Assembly: GCF_041886205.1 (NCBI RefSeq)
Contig: NZ_CP169029.1
Reading direction: 5' to 3' (one strand)
From: Escherichia coli
GTDB lineage: Bacteria > Pseudomonadota > Gammaproteobacteria > Enterobacterales > Enterobacteriaceae
DNA: 64,000 nucleotides
The position numbers were made by a program, and so were the translations under genes. Position 1 is the first letter of the stretch, and each line of letters opens with the position of its first letter. Under the pieces are notes generated by a model. That model was given only the letters and a program-made list of their open reading frames with translations, ran no database searches and had not been told where the DNA came from. Of the stretch, positions 27,435 to 37,886 are shown in pieces.

Positions 27435-28286
27435 TCACCCCGCCCGATAAAACGGTTTATCCCCAAGGATCGTCGCCCGATGCATAATCCGCCGCTGTGG
27501 CAGGTAATCGGCATTGGCATAGTGCTGAGTCACGCGGTTATCCCAAATCGCAATATCATTCGGTTGCCAGCGCCAACGCACCTGAAACTCCGGTTTAGTG
27601 ATATGGGCGAATAAAAAGCCTAACAAGGCTTCGCTCTCTTTCTCGCTGACATCGACAATTCGCGTAGTAAAGCCTTCATTCACAAACAGCGCCTGTTTAC
27701 CGCTCACCGGATGCGTTCGCACCACCGGATGTAGCAACGGAGGATTTTTCGCGACCGCCTCGCGCCAGCGTTGATGTTCCTCCTCGGTTTTGCGGTATTT
27801 GTATTCCGGGAACGATTTACGGAAATCATGCTCCGCACGCAGCCCGCTCAGCAGCTGGCGGAAGGGAACAGAGAGCGCCTCATAGGCCGCAATACCGCTG
27901 GTCCAGAGCGTATCACCGCCGGTCGAAGGTAACTCTTTAGCTGCCAGAATCGCCCCTGCGGGTGGCGTTTCAATAAATGTCACATCGGTATGCCAGTTGT
28001 CGTTATCCGGCGGATTATCGTTATGGGTATCCAGCACGATGATCTCGTCAACCCCTTCGGCATGAGGGTAAACAGGGTGAATATGCAGTTCGCCAAAACG
28101 CTGGGCCAGCGCGCGTTGCTGCTGCGGCGTAATAGTTTGATCGCGCAGAAACACCACCTGATGGCGCAGCACCGCATGGTAAAGCTGTTCAAACTGATTA
28201 TCACTTAACGGGCGCGTCAGGTCGGCGCCCGTAATTTGTGCGCCAATATACGGCCCCAGCGGGGTAATGCTCAGACGTTCACTCAT
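27435..28286 (-). CDS. tauD: Taurine dioxygenase (alpha-ketoglutarate dependent)
   Basis: 283 aa, [27 protein letters not shown], His-x-Asp...His Fe(II) motif; last gene of the tauABCD cluster. Confidence 0.95.
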   Translation of the reverse strand: MSERLSITPLGPYIGAQITGADLTRPLSDNQFEQLYHAVLRHQVVFLRDQTITPQQQRALAQRFGELHIHPVYPHAEGVDEIIVLDTHNDNPPDNDNWHTDVTFIETPPAGAILAAKELPSTGGDTLWTSGIAAYEALSVPFRQLLSGLRAEHDFRKSFPEYKYRKTEEEHQRWREAVAKNPPLLHPVVRTHPVSGKQALFVNEGFTTRIVDVSEKESEALLGFLFAHITKPEFQVRWRWQPNDIAIWDNRVTQHYANADYLPQRRIMHRATILGDKPFYRAG

Positions 28287-29110
28287 TGTACTTCTCCATG
28301 CCAGGGCGTCAGGCGGCGCTGTAATGCGCGCAGACCCAGTTCTAAAAGAAAGGCGATAATCGCAATCACCGCGATCCCCGCCAGCACCACGTCAGTCGCG
28401 AGAAATTCACCCGCTGACTGAACCATAAATCCTAAACCGCGCGTTGCGGCAATCAGCTCCGCCGCTACCAGCGTAGACCAGCCCACACCCAGACCAATGC
28501 GTAATCCGGTGAGGATTTCCGGCAGCGCGCCGGGCAAAATGACAAACCACAGCACCTGCGCACGGCTGGCACCCAGCGACTGGGCGGCACGAATGCGAAC
28601 CTGCTGCGCGCTTTTCACTCCTGCCAGCGCCGACATTGCCACCGGTGCAAAAATCGCTAAATAGATCAGTAAGATCTTCGATGTTTCACCAATACCAAAC
28701 CAGATCACCATCAGCGGCAAATAAGCCAGCGGCGGCACCGGACGATAAAGCTCGATTATCGGATCCAGAATGCCGCGCACCGTCGGGCTTAGCCCCATGG
28801 CGATCCCAACCGGAATGCCGATCAACACCGCCGCAACTAATGCCAGCACAATACGCGTCAGGCTGGCGGCCAGATGCTGCCACAGGGTAGCGTCCATAAA
28901 TCCCTGCGGCCCGGCAATAGTGAGCAGTTTTGCCAGTACCTGTTGCGGCGGCGGCAAAAACAGCGGGCTAATCAGTTGCAGCGCCGCGACTGCCCACCAC
29001 ACAGTGAGTAAAACCGCTAACGTGCCAATGCTTAAAGTGACCTGACGCGAGAGCGGCCAGCGCCATTTCAGCCGCCGCGAATGCAGTTTTTCATTAATGA
29101 GCACACTCAT
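28283..29110 (-). CDS. tauC: Taurine ABC transporter permease
   Basis: 275-aa permease; 4-nt overlaps with tauB and tauD. Confidence 0.93.
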   Translation of the reverse strand: MSVLINEKLHSRRLKWRWPLSRQVTLSIGTLAVLLTVWWAVAALQLISPLFLPPPQQVLAKLLTIAGPQGFMDATLWQHLAASLTRIVLALVAAVLIGIPVGIAMGLSPTVRGILDPIIELYRPVPPLAYLPLMVIWFGIGETSKILLIYLAIFAPVAMSALAGVKSAQQVRIRAAQSLGASRAQVLWFVILPGALPEILTGLRIGLGVGWSTLVAAELIAATRGLGFMVQSAGEFLATDVVLAGIAVIAIIAFLLELGLRALQRRLTPWHGEVQ

Positions 29111-29874
29111 GAGAACGCCTCCCGTTGCTCAAATACGCGGCTTAAAACATATTCGCGCATGGCGATGAATTGTGGATCGGACTTGATGCTGCGGCTCGAC
29201 TCTCCCGCAACAAAGCGGCGAGCAAAGTTGAGCGCCAGACGCTCCAGCACGCGGCCAGGGCCGGGTGAAAGCAGAACCAGTTCAGTCGCCATAAACACCG
29301 CTTCTTCTATATCGTGGGTAATCAACAGCACCTGCTTGCCCGTCTCCTGCCAGAGTTTCAGCAGCAGGGTTTGCATCTGGTCGCGGGTGAAGGCGTCCAG
29401 CGCACCAAACGGTTCGTCGAGTAATAACAGCTGGGGATTCGCCGCCAGCGCGCGGGCAATGCCCACCCGCTGACGTTGACCGCCGGAAAGCTGCCAGATG
29501 TAGCGTTTTTCCGCCCCTTCAAGGCCGACTTTTTTCAGCATCTGGTGCGCGATTTCCAGTCGCTGCATTTTCTCTACACCTGCCAGTTGCAGGCCGAACG
29601 CCACGTTGTCCTTTACATTGCGCCACGGTAGCAGCCCTTCATTCTGAAAAACTACGCCGCGCTCTGCTCCCGGTCCCTCAATACGCTTACCCGCCAGTTG
29701 AATGCTGCCATGCTGATAAGGCACAAAACCGGCAATCAGATTCAGCAACGTGGTTTTACCGCAGCCGGACGGCCCCAGCACCACCAGTAGCTCGCCGCTT
29801 TCCAGCGTCAGGTTGATATCTTCCAGTGCCGGTTTGCCGCCATAATCGGCGTAAAGATGAGAGATTTGCAGCAT
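29107..29874 (-). CDS. tauB: Taurine ABC transporter ATP-binding protein
   Basis: Walker [10 protein letters not shown], signature LSGGQRQRV, Walker B LLLLDEP. Confidence 0.93.
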   Translation of the reverse strand: MLQISHLYADYGGKPALEDINLTLESGELLVVLGPSGCGKTTLLNLIAGFVPYQHGSIQLAGKRIEGPGAERGVVFQNEGLLPWRNVKDNVAFGLQLAGVEKMQRLEIAHQMLKKVGLEGAEKRYIWQLSGGQRQRVGIARALAANPQLLLLDEPFGALDAFTRDQMQTLLLKLWQETGKQVLLITHDIEEAVFMATELVLLSPGPGRVLERLALNFARRFVAGESSRSIKSDPQFIAMREYVLSRVFEQREAFS

Positions 29875-29886
29875 CTGCGCCTCCTT

Positions 29887-30849
29887 TTATTGCACGAAGC
29901 GCGAGGTAACGTACTGGCTGTAATCATTCGCTACAGCCGGGACCTTGCCCTGCTCTTTCAAAAACTGCGCGGTGTCGATGATCGCTTTGTTCACCGGTCC
30001 GGTCAGTTCTGCCGTTTGTTGCTGCGGCGTCAGATAGGTATTCCCCTTCACCAGCCCCGGAACGTCACCTTCAGGCACGCCGCTTAAACGCGCCAGTTTG
30101 CTGATGTTTTCCGGCTGTTTCAGCCACGCGTCTGGGTTAGCAATGTACGGTTGCTGAGCATCGATGGCGCTTTTAGCGAACGCTTTCACGACCTCAGGAT
30201 GTTTCTCGGCAAAATCTTTGCGCACCACCCAGACGTCCAGCGTTGGCGCACCCCACTGCCCGACCTGTTCAGAATCGGTCAGCACCTTGCCGTCTTTTTC
30301 CAGGGCGTTAACCGCCGGTGCCCAGACATAAGCACCATCAATATCACCCCGCTGCCATGCGGCGATAATCACGGGCGGCTGCAGGTTCACAATCTCCACT
30401 TGCCCTGGTTTAATCCCCCAGTGTTTCAGCGCCGCCAGCAGGCTGTAGTGGGTGGTGGAGATAAACGGTACGGCAATGCGTTTGCCAATCAAATCTTCGG
30501 GTTTGCTGATAGTTTTCTTTACCACCAGCGCTTCGGAGTTACCCAGTTTTGACGCCAGCAAGAAGACTTCAATCGGCACCTGTTGGCTGGCTGCAACCGC
30601 TAATGGGCTGGAACCGAGGTTGCCGATTTGCACGTCGCCAGAAGCCAGCGCCCGCACGATGCTGGCTCCGCTGTCAAACTTACGCCAGTCCACGCTCGCC
30701 CCGCTCTCTTTAGCAAAGGTGTTGTCGGCCTGAGCCACCTTCGCCGGTTCGGCGGAGGTTTGATAGGCCACGGTGACGTTCACCGCCTGTGCCTGAAAAG
30801 CGATGAATGCCAGTGCGGCAAGAAGTGTGTTACGCGATGAAATTGCCAT
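29887..30849 (-). CDS. tauA: Taurine ABC transporter periplasmic binding protein
   Basis: 320-aa SBP with signal peptide; first gene of tauABCD. Confidence 0.93.
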   Translation of the reverse strand: MAISSRNTLLAALAFIAFQAQAVNVTVAYQTSAEPAKVAQADNTFAKESGASVDWRKFDSGASIVRALASGDVQIGNLGSSPLAVAASQQVPIEVFLLASKLGNSEALVVKKTISKPEDLIGKRIAVPFISTTHYSLLAALKHWGIKPGQVEIVNLQPPVIIAAWQRGDIDGAYVWAPAVNALEKDGKVLTDSEQVGQWGAPTLDVWVVRKDFAEKHPEVVKAFAKSAIDAQQPYIANPDAWLKQPENISKLARLSGVPEGDVPGLVKGNTYLTPQQQTAELTGPVNKAIIDTAQFLKEQGKVPAVANDYSQYVTSRFVQ

Positions 30850-31151
30850 GATTGTCTGCTCCCCTGTCTTGTTATGGGAGCAGTATTTCGTTGCGGGTCA
30901 TTTTGATAAAGGAATTAAAACGTCTTGTTAAGAACAAAGCGTTTTTAGAAAAAAATCGGCAATGGTTAGCGAGTTTGCGCATTTTGCGGTTTTGGCGAAC
31001 GTAGCACGCCGATTCACAAACCAGATAAGATATTCGCGCTCCGGCAAATTATTGCCATTTTGTTACATCCATTCCATATCTGTCGCTGGTTGATTGCCAG
31101 CGCCGCGCCGTGATGCATGATAGGAGAATTAGATAATAAGAGAAGAAAAGT

Positions 31152-31781
31152 ATGATTCGGGTAGTGCTGGTGGATGACCATGTGGTGGTGCGCTCTGGCT
31201 TCGCACAATTACTCTCTCTGGAAGACGATCTGGAGGTCATTGGTCAGTACAGTAGTGCCGCGCAGGCATGGTCGGCATTAATCCGTGATGACGTTAATGT
31301 TGCGGTCATTGATATTGCCATGCCGGACGAAAACGGCCTCAGTTTGCTTAAGCGCCTGCGTGCACAAAAACCGCAATTTCGCGCCATTATTCTTAGCATT
31401 TATGACGCGCCAACCTTTGTGCAAAGCGCGCTGGATGCCGGTGCCAGCGGGTATTTAACCAAACGCTGTGGGCCGGAAGAGTTAGTGCAGGCGGTGCGCT
31501 CGGTCGGGCTGGGCGGGCATTATCTCTGTGCCGATGCAATTCGTGCTTTACGCGGCGGCGGGCAACCTGCCCAGGCGCTGGAAATTCTCACCCCACGAGA
31601 ACGTGAAGTGTTTGATTTACTGGTCAAAGGTGACAGCGTTAAAGAGATCGCCTTTAAACTCGAACTCAGTCATAAAACGGTACATGTGCATCGCGCCAAT
31701 GTGCTGGGAAAACTGAACTGCCATAGCACCATTGAACTGGTGCATTTTGCGCTCGACCACCATCTGCTGGCGGGGCATTAA
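31152..31781 (+). CDS. NarL/FixJ-family response regulator, UhpA-like
   Basis: Receiver domain (VVLVDDH ... IDIAMPD) plus C-terminal LuxR-type HTH (LTPREREVFDLLVKGDSVKEIAFKLELSHKTVHVHRANVLGKL); first gene of a six-gene cluster. Confidence 0.85.
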   Translation: MIRVVLVDDHVVVRSGFAQLLSLEDDLEVIGQYSSAAQAWSALIRDDVNVAVIDIAMPDENGLSLLKRLRAQKPQFRAIILSIYDAPTFVQSALDAGASGYLTKRCGPEELVQAVRSVGLGGHYLCADAIRALRGGGQPAQALEILTPREREVFDLLVKGDSVKEIAFKLELSHKTVHVHRANVLGKLNCHSTIELVHFALDHHLLAGH

Positions 31782-33322
31782 TGTCGCGCAATCTTCGTCA
31801 TTGGGTGGTTTCGTTGTTTATTGTGCTGGCCTGGGGAACCGGCTGGCTGATGCTGTGGACGCTCAGCTTTTATCTGACCAATAACGGTCAACAGGCGGCG
31901 CTGTTTCTGCCGCACGGGGTTTACCTCGCCCTTCTTATTTTACTTGCACGCCGCTACTGGCCTGCGCTGGTGCTCCCCCCTTTGCTGATGATGTTCTGGC
32001 TCCATAGCGAACAGCTATTGAACGGCTATCTCATGCTGGCAACGCCGGTTATTAGCCTGTTTCCTGCCATCCTTGCGCAAAACTTCTGGCACCGTTTTCC
32101 ACTTTACTGGCAGCGTCTGACGTTGCTGTTAGCCACGGTCACAACAGCTTCATTGCTGAATACCGCCCTGCTCTCCCCTTTTATGTCAGGCCCAATAATG
32201 CTGCCGGGTTTGACCTCATTTACCGGAGGCGTATTACTGACGCCGTTTGTCTATCTTATCTTTGAGTTTCTGCGCCAGCAGCATCGCTACCAGCTCCTGG
32301 GACTCGATACGCATAATCCCCCCTTGCGTACCTCTTTAATCATCTGGTGTAGCCTGTTTTTTATTATTGGTATCGGCACTCAGATGGTGCTGTCACCTGA
32401 AATTGAACGTCTGCTGTTGATCGTAGTTTTTCTACCCAATGTGGTGATGGCGTGGAAATTTGGCTGGCAAGGTGGCGTACTCTCCGGGCTTTTGGGCAGC
32501 ATGATGATCACCATCGCCCGCCAGATTGGCGTGGGCTTTAGTAACCTGGTGGAGCTGGAGATTTTCCTCGCGACCCAGGCATTGCTGGGAATTGGCCTGG
32601 GCATTGCCATCAGCCGCCAGCAACATCTGGCGCTAAACCTGCACCATTACCGACAACGGCTGGAGGCCGAGCTGGCAGCGCGGCGGGCATTAGCGGAAAA
32701 GCTGATCCACACCGAGGAGGACACGCGAAAAAACCTGGCGAGGGAGCTGCACGACGAAATCGGTCAAAACATCACCGCCATTCAGATCCAGTCGCAACTG
32801 GTGAAGCGAGCGCGCGATCCGGCGCAAATTCAATCCGCAGCCAGCCAAATCAATGAACTCGCTCGCCGCATTCATCTCTCCACCCGCCAGTTGCTGCGCC
32901 AGCTGCGGCCCCCCGCGCTTGATGAACTGACATTCCGCGAAGCGTTGTTGCATCTGATTAATGAATTTGCCTTTAGTGAACGCGGCATTCATTGCCAGTT
33001 TTCCTATCAACTGACCTCCACACCAGAAAACGAAACGGTGCGCTTTACCTTGTATCGGTTATTGCAGGAGTTGCTCAATAACGTCTGTAAACACGCCGAA
33101 GCCAGCGAAGTGACGATTATCCTGCGCCAGCAGGGAGAGATATTGCATCTGGAGGTCAGCGACAACGGCGTGGGGATCGCTTGCGGGAAAATGGCTGGAT
33201 TTGGCATTCAGGGGATGCGTGAGCGCGTCAGTGCCCTGGGCGGCGACTTAACGCTCGAAAAACAGCACGGCACGCGGGTAATTGTTAACTTGCCCACAAT
33301 TTTGCAACAAATCGCCGGATAA
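31781..33322 (+). CDS. Sensor histidine kinase with polytopic N-terminal membrane domain, UhpB-like
   Basis: About 8 predicted TM helices, then HisKA_3-type H box (LARELHDEIGQNITAI) and HATPase_c motifs (VSDNGVGI, GFGIQGMRERV); start overlaps the regulator stop by 1 nt. Confidence 0.85.
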   Translation: MSRNLRHWVVSLFIVLAWGTGWLMLWTLSFYLTNNGQQAALFLPHGVYLALLILLARRYWPALVLPPLLMMFWLHSEQLLNGYLMLATPVISLFPAILAQNFWHRFPLYWQRLTLLLATVTTASLLNTALLSPFMSGPIMLPGLTSFTGGVLLTPFVYLIFEFLRQQHRYQLLGLDTHNPPLRTSLIIWCSLFFIIGIGTQMVLSPEIERLLLIVVFLPNVVMAWKFGWQGGVLSGLLGSMMITIARQIGVGFSNLVELEIFLATQALLGIGLGIAISRQQHLALNLHHYRQRLEAELAARRALAEKLIHTEEDTRKNLARELHDEIGQNITAIQIQSQLVKRARDPAQIQSAASQINELARRIHLSTRQLLRQLRPPALDELTFREALLHLINEFAFSERGIHCQFSYQLTSTPENETVRFTLYRLLQELLNNVCKHAEASEVTIILRQQGEILHLEVSDNGVGIACGKMAGFGIQGMRERVSALGGDLTLEKQHGTRVIVNLPTILQQIAG

Positions 33323-33394
33323 CCAGGAAAAAATCTTAGGCATCCCGGATTTTCTCTCATCCCCTTTCACTTTCATTTTCATATAGTCAGCAAC

Positions 33395-34711
33395 ATGGAG
33401 ACAACCATGCACGCGCGTTCAGCGAGAGAAATTAATCAATGCTACCGGACATTACGTCCGCGATTGCTGATGTGCATGATTATTGGCTACGCCGCATTTT
33501 ATCTGACGCGAAAAAGCGTGAATTACGTCCTTCCGGCGCTGCAAACCGACCTCGGACTGGATAAAGGCGACATTGGCCTGCTGGGTTCGCTGTTTTATCT
33601 CAGCTACGGATTGTCGAAATTTACCGCCGGACTGTGGCATGACAGCCACGGACAACGCGGTTTTATGGGCGTCGGCTTGTTCACCACCGGATTATTGAAC
33701 GTGGTGTTTGCCTTTGGCGAATCACTTACGCTTTTGCTTGTGGTCTGGACACTGAACGGATTTTTTCAGGGCTGGGGATGGCCACCGTGTGCTCGCTTGC
33801 TGACCCACTGGTACTCACGCAATGAGCGCGGTTTCTGGTGGGGCTGCTGGAATATGTCGATCAACATTGGCGGAGCGATTATTCCGCTAATTAGTGCCTT
33901 TGCCGCCCACTGGTGGGGCTGGCAGGCCGCGATGCTGACACCGGGGATAATCAGCATGGCATTAGGGATCTGGTTAACGCTACAACTCAAAGGCACGCCC
34001 CAGGAAGAGGGATTACCGACAGTTGGTCACTGGCGTCACGATCCGCTGGAGTTACGTCAGGAACAACAAAGTCCGCCGATGGGGCTGTGGCAAATGTTGC
34101 GCACCACCATGCTGCAAAATCCGCTGATCTGGCTACTGGGCGTCTCTTATGTACTGGTTTATGTGATCCGGATTGCGCTTAACGACTGGGGCAATATCTG
34201 GCTGACGGAAAGCCACGGCGTCAACCTGCTCAGCGCCAACGCCACGGTAATGCTGTTTGAAGTGGGCGGCTTACTCGGCGCGTTATTTGCCGGATGGGGA
34301 TCGGATTTGCTGTTTAGCGGGCAACGAGCGCCAATGATTTTGCTGTTCACGCTGGGGTTGATGGTGTCAGTCGCTGCACTGTGGCTGGCACCGGTTCATC
34401 ACTACGCTCTGCTGGCAGTGTGCTTTTTTACCGTAGGCTTTTTCGTCTTTGGTCCACAAATGCTGATTGGACTTGCGGCGGTGGAGTGTGGGCACAAAGC
34501 TGCGGCGGGTTCAATCACCGGATTTCTCGGCCTGTTCGCTTACCTTGGCGCGGCGCTGGCAGGCTGGCCACTGTCGCTGGTCATCGAACGCTACGGCTGG
34601 TCGGGAATGTTCAGTTTACTCTCGGTCGCCGCAGTACTTATGGGTTTACTGCTGATGCCGTTACTGATGGCGGGCATCACCACCACTCACGCTCGAAGGA
34701 TAAAACAATGA
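33395..34711 (+). CDS. MFS organophosphate:phosphate antiporter-family protein, UhpC-like (probable membrane sensor)
   Basis: Strong resemblance to UhpC/UhpT/GlpT family (YLTRKS, FFQGWGWPPCARLLTHWYS, NDWGN, FFVFGPQMLIG); sits in the uhpC position after the regulator and kinase. Confidence 0.85.
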   Translation: METTMHARSAREINQCYRTLRPRLLMCMIIGYAAFYLTRKSVNYVLPALQTDLGLDKGDIGLLGSLFYLSYGLSKFTAGLWHDSHGQRGFMGVGLFTTGLLNVVFAFGESLTLLLVVWTLNGFFQGWGWPPCARLLTHWYSRNERGFWWGCWNMSINIGGAIIPLISAFAAHWWGWQAAMLTPGIISMALGIWLTLQLKGTPQEEGLPTVGHWRHDPLELRQEQQSPPMGLWQMLRTTMLQNPLIWLLGVSYVLVYVIRIALNDWGNIWLTESHGVNLLSANATVMLFEVGGLLGALFAGWGSDLLFSGQRAPMILLFTLGLMVSVAALWLAPVHHYALLAVCFFTVGFFVFGPQMLIGLAAVECGHKAAAGSITGFLGLFAYLGAALAGWPLSLVIERYGWSGMFSLLSVAAVLMGLLLMPLLMAGITTTHARRIKQ

Positions 34712-35739
34712 AAATGACCTTTACCTCTACTCTGATTGCTTCTGCCGTTGCGCTGGCGACTTTAACGGGTGCCGCGCAGGCGAAAGGCCGGCTGGTGGTC
34801 TATTGCAGCGCCACCAATGAAATGTGTGAAGCTGAAACCAAAGCGTTTGGCGAGAAATATGATGTGAAAACTTCATTTATCCGCAACGGTTCCGGAAGCA
34901 CCCTGGCAAAAGTCGATGCTGAAAAGAAAAACCCCCAGGCTGACGTCTGGTATGGCGGCACTTTAGACCCGCAATCGCAGGCCGGCGAGATGGGCCTGCT
35001 ACAGGCGTATAAATCCCCTAACCTTGAGCAGATCATGGAGAAATTCCGCGATCCGGCAAAAGTGAAAGGGAATCTGTCCTCTGCCGTATATGTGGGGATC
35101 CTCGGTTTTGGCGTAAACACCGATCGTCTGAAAGAGAAAGACCTGCCGGTGCCGAAGTGCTGGAAAGATCTCACCAAACCGGAATATAAAGGCGAAATTC
35201 AAATTGCCGATCCGCAAAGTTCCGGTACTGCCTACACCGCGCTGGCTACTTTTGCGCAGCTGTGGGGGGAAGATCAGGCCTTTGATTATCTAAAACAACT
35301 GAACGCCAACGTCTCCCAGTATACCAAATCAGGCATAGCCCCGGCACGTAACGCCGCTCGCGGCGAAACGGCGATTGGTATTGGCTTCCTGCATGACTAC
35401 TCGCTGGAAAAAGAACAGGGTGCGCCGCTGGAGTTGATTTCCCCTTGTGAAGGTACGGGCTATGAAATTGGCGGCGTCAGCATTCTGAAAGGCGCGCGCA
35501 ACCTCGACAATGCCAAACTGTTTGTGGACTGGGTATTATCAAAAGAAGCTCAGGAACTGGCGTGGAAGAAAGGGAAGTCTTATCAGATCCTGACCAATAC
35601 CACCGCCGAAACGTCGCCAAATTCGCTGAAGCTCGACGACCTGAAATTAATCAACTACGACATGGATAAATACGGTTCCACGGATGTTCGTAAGGCATTG
35701 ATTAATAAATGGGTTAGCGAAGTGAAGATGGGTAAGTAA
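34708..35739 (+). CDS. ABC transporter periplasmic substrate-binding protein, AfuA/FbpA-like
   Basis: 343 aa with signal peptide MKMTFTSTLIASAVALATLTGAAQA; ATG overlaps the MFS stop (ATGA); the longer track ORF (from 34381) overlaps the MFS gene and is rejected. Confidence 0.8.
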   Translation: MKMTFTSTLIASAVALATLTGAAQAKGRLVVYCSATNEMCEAETKAFGEKYDVKTSFIRNGSGSTLAKVDAEKKNPQADVWYGGTLDPQSQAGEMGLLQAYKSPNLEQIMEKFRDPAKVKGNLSSAVYVGILGFGVNTDRLKEKDLPVPKCWKDLTKPEYKGEIQIADPQSSGTAYTALATFAQLWGEDQAFDYLKQLNANVSQYTKSGIAPARNAARGETAIGIGFLHDYSLEKEQGAPLELISPCEGTGYEIGGVSILKGARNLDNAKLFVDWVLSKEAQELAWKKGKSYQILTNTTAETSPNSLKLDDLKLINYDMDKYGSTDVRKALINKWVSEVKMGK

Positions 35740-35807
35740 ACCCGCATTAGGCGCATTTGCCGGGTGCAGCACAAATGCCTGCCCCGGCCAACCATACCGG
35801 AACTGCT

Positions 35808-37886
35808 ATGTCACAGACACTTGCACTCCATCCCGTGAAAAAGCGGGATGCGATTTTCCTTTGGGTTTTGCTGGGCTGGCTGGCATTTATCCTGTTGCCG
35901 AGCTGGAGTCTCGATTATGGCCTGCTGGAATCCACGAGTGATGAGATCCTCGAGGCTTATGGCTGGTCGCATTTTAATATCAGCTGGCTGTGGTATTTGT
36001 TACCGAGTCTGTTGCTGGTTCGCCCGTTTCGTGAGGCCACACGTGAACAGCGTAGTCGTCATTATTTTGATGCCGGCTGGGCATTGCTCTGTATGGCGTT
36101 TATCGTCATCAGCGCCACCGTGGCTGGACGCGGTTTAGGCTACGCCGCCATCGTGCTGTTTGTTGAATTAGGCGCGATTATGACGCTGGCCTTAACCCGC
36201 CTCGAATGGCTGGGCGGCGACCGCTTCGTGATCGGCTCGCTGATTGCGATTGTGGCGCTGATTGGCATTTTTATCGTCTGGCCGAGCATCGCCATTTTTA
36301 TCCCGATGTTCACCAACGACGCGGGAGAGTTCGCCCCGCTGGCGTTTATGAACGTGCTCTCGCAGGCACATATTGTGCAGGTGATCGTCAACTCTATCGT
36401 CTTGTCGATAGCGGTGGGTATTGGCTGTACCTTCTTCGGTCTGGTACTGGCGATTTATACCACGCGCATCGCCAAACGCAGCGCCATTATTGGCCGCATC
36501 TTTTCCATTCTGCCCATCGTTACACCACCGTTTGTGGTCGGCTTAGGCGTGACACTCATGATGGGGCGCTCCGGCTATATCACGGAGTTTATGGTGGAGT
36601 GGTTTGGGCTGACCAACACCAACTGGCTGTATGGCTTTACCGGGATCTGGCTGGCGCAGGTTCTGGCATTCACGCCAATGGCTTTTATGATCCTCGACGG
36701 GGCCATTAAAACCATTCATCCCTCGCTGGAAGAGGCCTCCTACACCCTGCGCGCCAGCCGCTGGCAAACCTTTAACGGCGTGTTTGTGCCGTTGCTAAAG
36801 CCCGCGCTCGCCAATGCCTTTTTAATCGTCGTGGTACAGTCACTGGCTGATTTCAGTAACCCGCTGGTGCTTGGCGGCAACTTCGACGTACTGGCGACGC
36901 AAATTTACTTCTACATTACCGGCTCGCAGCTGGATTATCAGGCCGCCAGCACGCTTGGTGCTTTCCTGCTGCTGTTCTCGCTGCTGGTGTTCTGCGTCCA
37001 GTATATGTGGATTGGTAAACGCTCTTACGTCACGGTTTCCGGCAAATCCTACCGTGGCGACGTCCAGCCACTACCGGTCACCCTGGTGTGGAGCGTGGTC
37101 GCCATACTTGCGGTATGGATTGCCTTTAACGCCCTGCTCTACGGCAGCATTTTCTACGGCAGCTTCACGGTGAACTGGGGCGTTGACTACACCCTGACGC
37201 TGGATAACTTTATCAAGTTATTTGGTCAGGGGATGAGCGACGGCGCGTGGCCTTCACTGTTGGATACCCTGCTCTACGCCGGGATTGCAGCCCCCATTAC
37301 CGCTATCTTTGGCCTGCTCATCGCCTGGGTGGTGGTGCGTCAACAATTCAAAGGCAAAAAGACCATCGAGTTCACCACCATGCTGTGCTTTGCCGTACCG
37401 GGTACGGTGGCGGGCGTCTCGTATATTCTCGCCTTTAACAGCGCTCCGGTTTATCTCACCGGAACGGCGGCAATTGTGATTATCTCGATGGTGATGCGTA
37501 ACGTTCCGGTGGGCATTCGTGCCGGGATTGCAGGTCTGGGGCAGATCGACAAATCGCTGGATGAAGCCTCACTCAGCCTGCGTGCGGGTTCCCTGCGAAC
37601 CATAACCCACATTTTACTGCCGCTGCTGCGCCCGGCCATTCTCTCGGCCCTGATCTACAGCTTTGTGCGGGCCATCACGACGGTCAGCGCCATCGTCTTT
37701 CTCGTCACGCCGGACACCCGCGTGGCAACAGCCTACATTCTTAACCGCGTTGAAGACGGCGAATATGGCGTAGCTATCGCCTATGGTTCGATTCTGATCG
37801 TGGTGATGCTGGCGATTATTTTCCTCTTTGACTGGCTGATCGGAGAAGCACGTATCTCCCGTTCTAAAGCCAAAAACCAGGCGTAA
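35808..37886 (+). CDS. ABC transporter permease with two fused transmembrane domains, AfuB/FbpB-like
   Basis: About 690 aa with two permease-type halves typical of FbpB/ThiP-type importers; start chosen at [10 protein letters not shown] (alternative upstream start at 35757). Confidence 0.8.
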   Translation: MSQTLALHPVKKRDAIFLWVLLGWLAFILLPSWSLDYGLLESTSDEILEAYGWSHFNISWLWYLLPSLLLVRPFREATREQRSRHYFDAGWALLCMAFIVISATVAGRGLGYAAIVLFVELGAIMTLALTRLEWLGGDRFVIGSLIAIVALIGIFIVWPSIAIFIPMFTNDAGEFAPLAFMNVLSQAHIVQVIVNSIVLSIAVGIGCTFFGLVLAIYTTRIAKRSAIIGRIFSILPIVTPPFVVGLGVTLMMGRSGYITEFMVEWFGLTNTNWLYGFTGIWLAQVLAFTPMAFMILDGAIKTIHPSLEEASYTLRASRWQTFNGVFVPLLKPALANAFLIVVVQSLADFSNPLVLGGNFDVLATQIYFYITGSQLDYQAASTLGAFLLLFSLLVFCVQYMWIGKRSYVTVSGKSYRGDVQPLPVTLVWSVVAILAVWIAFNALLYGSIFYGSFTVNWGVDYTLTLDNFIKLFGQGMSDGAWPSLLDTLLYAGIAAPITAIFGLLIAWVVVRQQFKGKKTIEFTTMLCFAVPGTVAGVSYILAFNSAPVYLTGTAAIVIISMVMRNVPVGIRAGIAGLGQIDKSLDEASLSLRAGSLRTITHILLPLLRPAILSALIYSFVRAITTVSAIVFLVTPDTRVATAYILNRVEDGEYGVAIAYGSILIVVMLAIIFLFDWLIGEARISRSKAKNQA

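Noticed and set aside
34381-34707. Upstream in-frame extension of the binding-protein ORF (track ORF starts at 34381)
   Set aside because: The extension overlaps the 3' end of the MFS gene in another frame and translates to a His/Arg/Gly-rich non-protein-like sequence; the true start is the ATG at 34708 followed by a classical signal peptide.
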